In this document: positions 50,401 to 62,500 of the stretch, one piece after another
Layout: each line of letters opens with the position of its first letter
How positions within the stretch are numbered: position 1 is the first letter of the stretch
DNA from: Basidiobolus meristosporus CBS 931.73
Taxonomy: Eukaryota; Fungi; Basidiobolomycota
NCBI GenBank assembly: GCA_002104905.1
Contig: MCFE01000353.1
Location: 24,277 to 88,276 of the forward strand
Reading direction: 5' to 3'
Length of the DNA: 64,000 bases
The notes under the pieces: model-generated
What the model saw: the letters and a program-made list of their open reading frames with translations, nothing else
Database searches by the model: none
Told to the model about the DNA's origin: nothing
Program-made: the position numbers and the translations under genes

Positions 50401-53400
50401 TCATTCTGTAAGGTGTCTTACTCACTGGGGGGCTATATCCTGTGTCAATGGCATGATCTACATCTCTGACTGGTGGTAGGCTTACAAGTCCATCTGGAAA
50501 TATGTCTGAGTATTCCTTCAAAAGAGTCTGGACCTTCTGGGGTACTGGTGTAGAGGAATCCTCCTGTAATACTGCCATGAGGAACATCTGGGTGCCTTTT
50601 CTTAGTGTTCCACAGAACTGTGTCTTGCTAAGTGCACTTGATTCACACACACTGGAATTGACCAAGTTAAATCCAGTCTGGCAGGTAATAGCTTGTAGGT
50701 CCTGTTGTCTTTCCGTATCTGAGTAGCATGGGTTCTCTGGTTGATTGATTCAATACAATAAAATAGTCAGCCTTTTCCCTGTACATGGTCAAACTTACAG
50801 TTCCAAATATATAGGCCTGTAGGTCTTCGCCATAGTCATTGATCTTCATTCTTACTGGCCAAGTAATACAATAAAGTATTCTACTTGATCCAGAAGGTCC
50901 ATTCTTTCAATTTGTCCTAGTAGACACCTATATTCTGAGATGTACTCTTGGACCGTTCCTTTCTGTCTGAGTGTCTTTAGCTTTCTTCTTAGTAGTGTCT
51001 TTTGGTGTGAGGGTTTGAAGGCATCCTGAATTTCCAACACAAACTCATCCCAGGTATAGATTGTAGAGCATCTCATCATGGTGGATGACCTGATATTGTT
51101 GTGATACCACTGTAGAGCAGCATCTGCCAGGTAAGAGGCTGCATAATGTAGCTTGCTTTCTGGAGTAATTCCCTCAGCCTTGAAAGCTTCTTCAATCTGA
51201 AAGAGCCAAGTTCCTGTTGAAATATTGGACTATTTGGTATCATTCAGCAGCTAAAAATTTACTTAGCAGTTCTAGACTAGTCTTAGTCACTGTAGGACTC
51301 ATTTACTGCCTTAACTTTGCCACTTTCTCCAGATATATGATCTTATGATTATTTCCCTATAGTCAGGATCAGATTAGCACTATTACCAAACATTATGTAC
51401 TAACCCTGAAACTGTCACAGAATGCTCCTGAACATTGAGAAACCCTCCCTACTTAGTGTTACAGCTGTATTACTTCTACAAAGGTATAAATACTGAGCTG
51501 CTTTATGAATAAACAACAGTTCAACTATTTGCACTATTTCCTGATAGGTTCCTTATATTCAAATCACTTCTTAAATTACAACTGGTTATGAGCCTCAATT
51601 GCCTTATTCTATTCTAAAGTTGAGCACTACCAGCAAACAGAACAATAAAAATATCTTTCCTTCTTCTACAAAGGTATAAATACTGAGCTTCTTTATGAAT
51701 AAACAATAGTTCTGCTATTATCACTATTTCTTGATAAGTTCCTTACATCCAAATCACTTCTTAAATTGCAACAGGTTATGAGCCCTGATTGCCTTATTCT
51801 ATTCCAAATATGACTTCTACCAGCAAACAGAGCAATATCAACATCTTCCCAGTAAAGGAGAGGTTTGATGGGAAGAACTACAGACTTTGGAGAATCAAGA
51901 TGCAGATCCACCTTGAGGAAAGAAAGCTTTGGAACATAGTAACAGGAAAGGAAGTTGAGCCCAAAGGAACAGCAGAAGATGTGGAGAAGTTTCAAGAGAA
52001 GGAGAGAAAGGCCTTTAATGCCATATGCATCATTGTGCAAGACTCCTTCATTGGAAAGATCCATGACTCAAATACTGCCAAAGCAGCATGGGTATTCTTA
52101 GAGAAGATCTTTGGAGCAAGGTCAGTATCAAGCAAGCATTATTTGACGCAAAAGTTCTTCAACATGAAGAAGAAGCCAGAAGATGACATGCTACAACTCA
52201 TTACCAGAATGGAGACACTTGCAGAAGAACTTTACAGTGTTAATGCTGGTGTAGATGATGAAGAAAAGATACTCTGTCTGCTTTGCAGCCTACCAGACAA
52301 GTATGAGCCACTCATACCTTCTTTTGAAAGCAGAGAAGACAACTTGACTTTAGACTATGTCAAAGGAAGACTTCTCTATGAAGAACTCAGATGTAATGAT
52401 CAAGCAGAGAAAATTGACAATAATGCTTTATTCAGTTCAGAAAGGCACACAGAAAAGAATGGAAAGCAACAAGACCAAAGAAAACCTGGCTGCTGTAACT
52501 ACTGTAAAAAGCCAGGACACTGGGCAAGAGAATTCAAGAAGTAACAAGCAGAAAAAAAACAGAAACTAGAGCAGGCAAACCATATAACTACTGATGAACA
52601 GTTATTTGTAACAGTACAAGAGAGTGCAAGTAACCAAAGTAATGAATGGTATATTGACTCTGGAGCATCACAGCATATTTGTGGTGATTGGTTCAGCAAC
52701 CTAAAGACTATTCCCGTAAGAAAGGTTTATCTGGGAGATAACTTGGCATTGGAAGCTACCGCCAGTGGGCCAATACAACTAAATATGAGTGATAACTCAG
52801 GGGCAACAACAGCAAAACTGACTGACGTACTCTAAGTACCTGGAGTTGCTAAGAACCTACTCTCAGTCGGTAAAGCAACTACTTAGGGACTGAAATTTGT
52901 TTTTACTAAGCTGAGCTGCTCAATCTTGAGTCAAAATGGACAAAAATTATCTTTGGGAATCAGAGATCACAATATATACAAGTTACAATGAAAGATCATT
53001 GTACCTGAGCATGTCAACATTGCTGAAACTGATGAAACCAGCTGGGAGACATGGCATAAGAGGCTAGGATACATAGGGGAGCAGAAAATGAGCCAATTGG
53101 TGAAAAATCAACTAGTTTTGGGCCTAAATTATACAATTCTGATCAAATTGAATGTCTATAAGGGATGTTCATATGGCAAACAAGCTAGACAATGTTTCAA
53201 TAGCTCAGGGGGCATCAATACCACCAAAATACTGGCTATTGTACACTCAGACATATGTGGCCCCATGAGAACACTGTCCTTTGGAGCCAAGAGATACTTT
53301 ATGATGTTTATTGATGACAAGACAAGATACACATGGGTGTACTTCCTCAAAACAAAGAATGAGGCTTTAGATATGTTTAAGCACTTCAAGAACAAATCAG

Positions 53401-56400
53401 AAGCACAAACTGGGTGTAACTTGAAGATACCTCAAAGTGACAATGGAGTGAAATACTGCTCAAAAGAGCTTGCAAAATACTGCACATCTACTGGTATTCC
53501 TCAACAGACCACTGTTCCTCATACTCCACAGCAAAATGGAGTAGCAGATCATGCAAATAGAACAATTGTAGAGATGGGAAGATCTATGCTTCCTGATCAG
53601 GGAATGGACTACAAGATTTGGGCTGGATCTGTTGCTACCACTGTATACATTAGGAACAGATGCCCAACAACAGCACTACGTGATTCTTCACCCTTTGAAG
53701 CATATACAAGCAAAAAACCAGATCTCCAGCACCTCAGGATCTTTGGCAGTGATGTTTTTTATCACATCCCTGACAAAAAACGCTCAAAGTTGGAACCATA
53801 GAGTAGGAAAGGGATCTTTCTTGGGTATTGTGAAGATACTAAAGGGTGTAGAGTGTATAATGGCAAAATTCAGAAGCTGATCAAGAGCCGGGACATTGTA
53901 TTTGAGGAGAATTCAGATCAGAAAGCCACAGAAATCATTGGCCAGCTACCTGATGATGCAATCAACACTAATGAAGAAGATATGTACCAAATCCAGCCAG
54001 ATATGGAAGATACTTCCACCAGTTCCACATCAGAACATATTATCCCAGTTAGGAGAATTACCAGAATAAGAAATGCCCATGGATCCTGGTGGCAGACAGC
54101 CAATGGTCATGAAGACGCTTATCTTGCCTTATGTGCCAAACCTCAGAATCTGGAACAGGCAATGCAAAGTCCAGATGCTACTAAGTGGCAACAAGCCATG
54201 CATGAGGAGTACCAATCACTGATCAAGGCAAAAGTGTGAGAACTGGTAGGTTTACCAAATGGAAGAAAGCCAATAGGATGCAGATGGGTCTACAAGATCA
54301 AGATAACCTCAACTGGTGCTGTTAATAAGTACAAGGCTAGATTGGTAGCTAAAGGCTATTTCCAGATCCAAGGACTAGACTTCAAGAAAACATTTGCTCC
54401 AGTTGCCAAGTATAACTCTATTAGGACTGTTCTAGCCCTGGCAGCTGTACACAGTCTAGATCTACACCAAATGGATATCAAAACAGCCTTTCTAAATGGG
54501 GATTTGCAAGAAACTATATATATGGAGCAACCAGAAGGTTTTACCAATCCAAAAGGCCTGCATAAGGTGTGCAAACTAAGAAAACTGTTGCATGGGCTTA
54601 AGCAGGCACCCAGAGCATGGTACAACAAGATTGACACATATCTAGAGGAAGTTTTGTTCTCTCATAGCACTGCCGGTCACAGTATATATGTGAAGCAGCT
54701 CAAAAAGGGTGTGAGCATCCTAGTTCTCTATGTGGACAACCTAATTATAGCTACTAGTGACCAAGAGGTACTTAAACAGACAAAATCAGATCTCTTCAGC
54801 AAGTTTGAGATGAAAGATCTTGGAAAATTGAGCTATTTTCTTGGAATTGAGTTCAAACTTGACATACCTATGCAGAAAGTTGTGCTGATCAGTCTAAGTA
54901 CATCAGGGACATTCTTAGATGCTTCAAAATGGAACATTGCAAACCTGCAGCAACCCCTTTGGACAATAACCTGAAATTAAGCAAATCTCAGTCAGTTATA
55001 GATGAAAGCAGCTCATATATGGACCAAAACTTTCCCTATCAATCAATGGTTGGTAGCCTAATGTACCTGATGGTGTCTACATGTCCGGATATTGCAGCGG
55101 CAGTTGGAATAGTCAGTCAACTCATGCTGAATTATGGGTCGGATCAAATTCCAGCAGTTAAGCGGGTTTTCAGATATCTACAAGGTACCATAAGTATGGT
55201 ACTGGAATACTCTGGAGCAGCTAATAGGCAAAAATTTGATGGTTATAGTGATTCAGATTGGGGTAGGGATCTGATTGACAGTTGCTCTACCACAGGCTAT
55301 GTATTTCTTTATGCTGGTGCAGCTATTACTTGGAATTGCAAGAAATTACCAACTGTAGCCCTATCTACAACTGAAGCTGAATATATGGCTGCATGTCAAG
55401 CAACTAAGGAGGCTATATGGCTACAAAAACTATTCAAAGACTTAGGTTTTAATTCAGATGAACCAACATGTATTCACAAGAATAATCAAAGTTGCATCTC
55501 ATTAGCCAGAAATCCTACTAATCATGCCAGAACTAAGCACATTGATATACAGCATCACTCTGTGAGGGAAGCTGTAAAAAAAACTAAGTGGAGTTAGTTT
55601 ACTGCCCAACTGACAAAATGGTGGCAGACATATTGACAAAACCACTAGCTAGGCCACAGATTGAGATCCTTGAGAGAAATTGGGATTAAGAAATTATTTA
55701 GTTGAGGGGGAGTGTTGAAATATTGGACTATTTGGTATCATTCAGCAGCTATAAGTTTACTTAGCAATTCTAGACTAGTCTTAGTCACTGTGGGACTCAT
55801 TCACTGCCTTAACTTTGCCACTTTCTCCAGATATATGATCTTATGATTATTTCCCTATAGTCAGGATAGATTAGCACTATTACCAAACATTATGTACTAA
55901 CCCTGAAACTGTTACAGAATGCTCCTGAATATTGAGAAACCCTCCCTACTTAGTGTTACAGCTGTATTACTTCTACAAAGGTATAAACACTGAGCTTCTT
56001 TATGAATAAGCAACAGTTCAACTATTTGCACTATTTCTTGATAAGTTCCTTTTATCCAAATCACTTCTTAAATTGCAACAGTTCCCAGGTTTTCATTGAC
56101 TCTACCATGGTATCAGTTGACTTTCCCACTAAAGTTGCTCTTGACAGGGTTTTGCTGGCTTAGGGCCATGGTAGTCATTCCTTGTTGTTGCTGGCTAAGG
56201 ATTTGGAGTAACTGTTGCTTTTGGGCCAGGATTTGCTGCATAGCATTCTTGCATTCATGATTTTTGGACATCTTGAGGGAGGCTTCTTCTTTCTCTGGGA
56301 GGGAGGTCTCTGGTTATTGCTGCTACCAATGTTACAAGTCTTGTTATAAGAGTTGTCAAAGAATAGATAGTGTTGTAATTACTCAAACATGAACTGATCT

Positions 56401-56687
56401 TTATTGAGGTTCCAGCAGCTCCATATATACATTTTGCCGGATCAATTGCTGACTAATTGTATTTCCTAATGTAGGTTGTGGCTGATGACTCATTTGATTG
56501 CATCATCATCACCCAATAAGATCTTACTTAATATATCTATTTCTGTCTGATAAGGATCTGCGATTCATTTGCTGAATAATGCTACTTATTCCATAGATAA
56601 TACTGATATACTGATAACCTAAACATACACTAAATGATTTGACTAAAAGCCAATCTAACTTAAACATTAAAGCGGCAGATCATAACA
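47500..56687 (-). mobile_element. Ty3/gypsy element D1 (LTRs 56330-56687 and 47500-47867), interrupted by copia C1
   Basis: 4-bp TSD AATG, PBS TGGTAGCAGC (56328-56319), PPT before the 3' LTR, order RT (IYLDDILI)-RNaseH-integrase. ~600-bp deletion at ~50868 removes the gag knuckle and protease active site. Confidence 0.93.
51215..56080 (+). mobile_element. Full-length Ty1/copia element C1 (4866 bp; LTRs 51215-51583 and 55713-56080), inactivated by stops and frameshifts
   Basis: Perfect 5-bp TSD GTTCC, PBS, gag, WYIDSGAS protease, integrase (HSDICGP, FIDDKTR), RT (LYVDNL), RNase H (TKHIDI), PPT GAGGGGGAG. About 17 LTR differences counted by eye. Confidence 0.95.
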
Positions 56688-59589
56688 AATGCAAGAAGAA
56701 ACAAACAGACTAAATATAGAAGCTGGAGCAGGCAAACTATATAACTACTGATGTAAAACTATCTGTAACTATACAATAGAGTGCAAGTAACCACAGTAAT
56801 GAATGGTATACTGACTCTGGAGCATCACAGCATATTTGTGATATAAAGGAGTAGTTCAGCCAGCTAAACACTTTTCCTGTAAGAAAGGTTTGTCTGGGCA
56901 TCAACTCTGCACTGAAAGCCACCACCAATGGGTCTATACAACTAAATATGAGTGAGATCTCAGGGGCTACAATAGTAAAACTGACTGAAATACTCTTTGT
57001 ACCTGGAGAAGCTAAGAACATACTCTCAGTAGGCAAAGCAACTGTGCTGGGACTGAAACTTGATTTTACTTTGCTGAGCTGCTCAATATAGAGTGAAAAT
57101 GGACAAAAAACAGCTTCGGGAATCAGATATTAAGATATATACAAGTTGCAATGCATGTTCATTGTACCAGATTATGTCAATATTGCTCAAACTGATGAAA
57201 CTAACTGGGGGATGTGGTATAGAAGGCTAGGACACATTGAGGAACAGATAATGAGCCAATTGGTAAAGAATCAGCTTGTTTAGGCCTAAATTACTGAAAT
57301 TTGATCATATTGAGTGTCTGTTAGGAATGTTCAGATGTTAAACAAGCTAAGTAACAGTTCAGGAGCTCAGGAGTCATGAACACTGTCATAGAATTGGCTA
57401 TTGTACATTCAGACAGATTTGGGGCCATAGATACTTTATGATGCTTGTTGATGACAAGGCAAGAAATACATGCATGTACCTTCTCAGAAAAAAGAATCAG
57501 GCTTTAGATATGTTTAAGCACCTCAAGAACACATCAGAAGCACAAACTGGGTGTAACTTGAAGGTACTTCTAAGTGACAATGGAGGGGAATAGTGCTCCA
57601 AGGAGTTTGCAAAATACTGCTCATCCACTGGTATACATTAACAGACCACTGTTCTTCATGCTCCATAGTAAAATGGAGTAGCAGAATGTGACAATAGTAT
57701 GAGAGTAGGAATGCCAAGATCTAAGCTACAAGCTAAGGGAGTGGACTACAAGTATTGGGCCAAATCTGTTGCTACTGCAGTATACATCACAAACAGATAC
57801 CAACAACCGCACTATATAATTCTTTGCACTTTGAGACATATACAGGCAAAACACCAGACCTTCAACACCTCAGGATCTTTGGCTGTGGTGTCTTATGTCA
57901 CATCCCTGACAAAAAAGCTCAAAGCCAGGACCAGAGAGTAGAGAAGATATCTTTCTTTGGTACTTTGATGATACCAAAGAATGTAGAGTGTATAATGACA
58001 ACATTTGAAAGCTGATCAAGAGCAGCAATTTTGTATTTGTAGAGAATCTAGATCAGAAAGCTACTGAAATCATTGGCAGGCTGCCTGATGATGCAATCAA
58101 CACTAATGATGAAGTTGAATATCTTATTCAGCCAGATGCAGATGATAATTCTACCAGCTCCATTTCAGAGCAGATTTTCCCATTTAGGAGATCTACCAGA
58201 ATAAAAAATGCCCCTGGATCCTGGTGGCAAACATCCATTAATCAGTTAGAAGCTTATTTTGCAAAATGTGCCAAACCTCAGAATCTGGTACATGCAATGC
58301 AAATTCTAGATACTATTATGTAGCAACAAGCCATGCAGGAGGAGTACCAGTCACTGATCAAGACAAAAATGTGGAAACTGGTAGATCTGCCAAATGGGGG
58401 AAAGCCAATAGGGTGCAGATGGGTCTGCAAGATCAAGATAACCTTAAATGGTACCATTTATAAGTACAAGGCTAGATTGGTGGCTAAAGGCTATTTCCAG
58501 ATTGAGGGACTTGACTCTAAGGACATATTTGCTCTGGTTGCCAAGTTTAACTTCATTAGGACAGTTCTAGCCCTGGCAGATTCAAACAATATATATCTAA
58601 ACCAAATGGACATCTACACAGCCTTTTTCAATGAGGACTCACATGAAACAATTTTGTGGAGCAGCTCAAAGCTCTTGCAGATCCAAAAAGCCTCTGAAAG
58701 TTGTATAGACCTAGGAAAATGTTGTATGGGCTTAAGCAGGCCCCAAGCGCATGGTATAACAAGATTTACACATAGCCAGAGGAGATTGGGTTCTTTTGTA
58801 GCACTGCAGATCACAATATATATGTGGAATGGCTCAAAAAAGGTGTATCATCCAAGTTCTTTGTGTGGTTAACCTACTAAAAGCTACAAGTGACCAGGAG
58901 GCACGTAAAAAACAAAATCAGATCTCTTCAGCAAATTGGAGATGAAAGATCTTTAATTGAAGTCAAATTTCACATACCTGCGCAGATAATTGTGCTCAAT
59001 CAGTCTAAGTACATCAGGGACATTCTCAGAAGCTTCCAAATGTGAAATTGCAAATCTGTGGCTACCCCTATGGACAATAATTCTAAATTGAGCAAATCCT
59101 AGCCAGTTTTAGGTGCCAATGGCTCAAATATGGCCCAAAACTATGCCTATCAATCAATGGTTGGCAACCTAATGTACTTGATGGTGGCTACATAACCAGA
59201 TATTTCCATAGCAGTAGAAATAGTCAGTCAATTCATGCTGAATTATGGGTCAGATCAAATTCCAGCAGCTAAGTGGATATTCAGATATCTACAGGGTGCA
59301 AAAAATATGCTACTTGAATACTCTGGAGCATCAAATAGGAAAACATTTGATGTTTGTAGTATATTCTGATAGGGATGGGGATCTGATTGACCAACGCTCT
59401 ACCACTGGGTATGAATTTCTTTACAGTGGTGCAGCTATTACTTGGAATTGTAGGAAACAACCAATTGTGTCCCTATCCATAACTGAAGCTGAATGCTCTA
59501 TGGCTACAAAAGCCATTCATAGAAACAGAGTTTAATTTGAAAGAACCAACATGCATTGACAAAGTTAATAATAGTTTTATCTCATTAGC

Positions 59590-62500
59590 TGTTATGATCT
59601 GCCGCTTGAATGTTTAAGTTAGATCAGCTTTTTAGTCAAATCAATTAGTATATGTTTAGGTTATCATTATATCAATATTATTTATGAAATCAGTAGCATT
59701 GGTCAACTAATGAATCAGCAGATCCTTATCAGACAGAAATATATTAAGTAGGATCTTATTGGGTGATGATGATGCAATCAAATGAGTCATCAGCCACAAC
59801 CTACATTAGGAAATACAATTAGTCAGCAATTGATCTGGCAAAATGTATATAAGGAGCTGCTGGAACCTCAATAAAAATCAGTTCAAGTTTTAGTGAATAC
59901 AATACTAGCTAAACTCCCTATTCCTCTACAACTCTTATACCAAGACTTGTAACATTGGTAGCAGCAATAACCAGAAACCTCCCTCCTGAAGAACGAAGAA
60001 ACCACCCTCAAGATGTTGGACAATCAAGAATGGAAGAATGCCATGCAGCAAATCCTGGCCCAACAGCAACAGCTACTCCAGATCCTCAGCCAACAGCAAC
60101 AAGGAATGACTACCATGGCTCAGAGCCAGCAAAGCCCTGTCAAGAGCAACTTTAGTGTGAAGGTCAACCAGTACCATGGCAGAGTCAATGAAAACCTGGG
60201 AACTTGGCTCTTTCAGATTGAAGAAGCTTTTAAAGCTAAAGGAATTGCTCCAGAGAGCAAGTTGCATTATGCAGCTTCTTACCTGGCAGATGCAGCTTTA
60301 TAGTGGTACCACAACAAGATCAGGTCAGCTACTATGATGGGATGCTCTACAATCTCTACCTGGGATGAGTTTGTGTTGGAAATTCAGGATGCTTTTGAAC
60401 CTCCACACCAGCAGACACTACTAAGAAGGAAGTTAAAGACACTCAGACAGAAAGGAATGGTGCAAGAATACATCTATGAGTATAGATGTCTACTTGGGCA
60501 AATTGAAAGAATGGACCCCTTGGATCAAGTTGAATTCTTTATTGATGGGTTGAAAGAAAGAACTTGCAAGGAAGTCAATTACCAAAGACCTCAGACTATT
60601 GAAGAAGCCATCAAGATTGCCATTGACTATGACTCAGCTATGTTTGGAGTTGGGAAGCCTACAGTGGCTAATCAGAAAGGCTATAATCATTATGAAAGAA
60701 GACAATCAGAAGCAGTACCAATGGAAATAGATGCTATGCAGAAGAATCCCTCCTCAGAAGAATGCAAGAAGAGAGGACTTTGCTTCAATTGCCACCAGCA
60801 GGGACATATTGCAAAGTACTGCCCTCAGAGAAGAAATGAACACCAGCCAACAAGAACCTTCAACCATATTGAGTCCCATGAACACAGTAATGAGGAAGAT
60901 GAGCTTGAAGAAGACTTGGAACTCACCTTCCATATGACAGAAGAGTACTTGTCCCAAATGACTTCAAACTCAGGGAAGTGATTGTACTTGAATGGAGTAA
61001 TCAATGGAGTACCTGCCAAGATCATGATTGACTCAGGAGCATTGCATGAGTACATGTCAGAGCAATTTGCTTTGAAAACTGGAAACAACTTGGAACCTAC
61101 CAAATCAACTTCAGTTTCCACAGCTGATGGGAACTCCCACATAATCAACCATATTACCCAGCCAGTAAGAATGAAGATCAATGACTTTGAAGAAGACCTA
61201 CATGCTTATATATTTGGGAACTGCAAGTTTGACCTTGTACTTGGAAAAACCTGGCTATTTTGTTGTAATCCATCAATCAACTGGAGAACCCATGCTACTC
61301 AGATCCAAAAAGACAATAAGACCTATGAGCTATTACCTGCCATGCTGGATTTCAACTTGGTCAATTCCAGTATATGTAAGACAAGTGAACTTAGCAAGAC
61401 CCAGTTCTGTGGAGCACTTAGAAAAGGTACCAAGATGTTCCTCATGGCGGTATTACAGGAGGATTCCTCTACCCCAGCACCCCAGCAGGTCCAGACTCTC
61501 TTGAAGAAATATTCAGACGTGTTCCCAGATGAGCTTGTAAGCCTACCACCAGTCAGAGATGTGGATCATGCCATTGACACAGGAGATAGCCCTCCAGTGA
61601 GCAAGACACCTTACAGAATGAGTCCATCAGAATTGGAGGAAATGAAGAGACAAATTGACCAGCTATTGGAGCAAGGATACATCAGGCCCAGCAAGTCACC
61701 CTGGGAAGCACCAGTGCTTTTTGTGAAAAAGAAGGATGGAACACTTAGGATGTGCATTGACTACAGAGCCCTGAACTCAGTTACCGTCAAGAATAAGTAC
61801 CCCATACCTTGGATTGATGAGCTTTTAGACCAACTTAATGGAGCCACTATTTTCAGCAAGATTGACCTCATGTCAGGATACAACCAGATTAGGGTGAAAC
61901 CAGAAGACATCCCCAAGACAGCATTCAGGACCAGATATGGACATTACAAGTACTTAGTCATGAGTTTTGGCCTCACTAATGCCCCTGCAACATTCATGAC
62001 GCTGATGCAGACTGTCTTTCAGGAGTACTTAGACAAGTTTGTGATAATCTACCTGGATGACATATTGATATACAGCAAGACAGAAGAGGATCACATGGTG
62101 CACATTGAAAAGGTCTTGAAGAAACTAAGAGAGAACAAGCTATATGGCAAGCTAGCCAAGTGTGAATTCTTCAAGGAACACGTAGAATATCTGGGACAAA
62201 TAGTGACTAGCACAGTAGTAACCTTAGACCCCAAGAAGGTGGAAGTAATCAAGAATTTGAAGCAGCCCCATAGCATATCAGAACTCAGATCCTTCCTTGG
62301 AATGGTTTCCTATTATTGGAGATTTGTCAAGTCATTTGCAAGTATTGCAGCCCCTTTAACTGATATCCTCAAGAAAGACAATACCTACAAGCGGGACATA
62401 GCTTGTGATACTGCCCTCCAGACGCTCAAGAATGAACTTGCTAAGCTGCCAAGCCTAAGAATACCAGACTTCAGAAAAGAGTTCACTCTGTGCACAGATG

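Larger units (their letters stand above)
46546..59589 (+). mobile_element. Decayed Ty1/copia element, family C copy 2 (host of nested insertions): 46546-47499 and 56688-59589
   Basis: Partial LTR to 46737, PBS 46738, gag to the CCHC knuckle. Sequence resumes after gypsy D1 (AATG TSD) with protease, integrase, RT (YKARLVAKG) and RNase H remnants. Confidence 0.88.
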
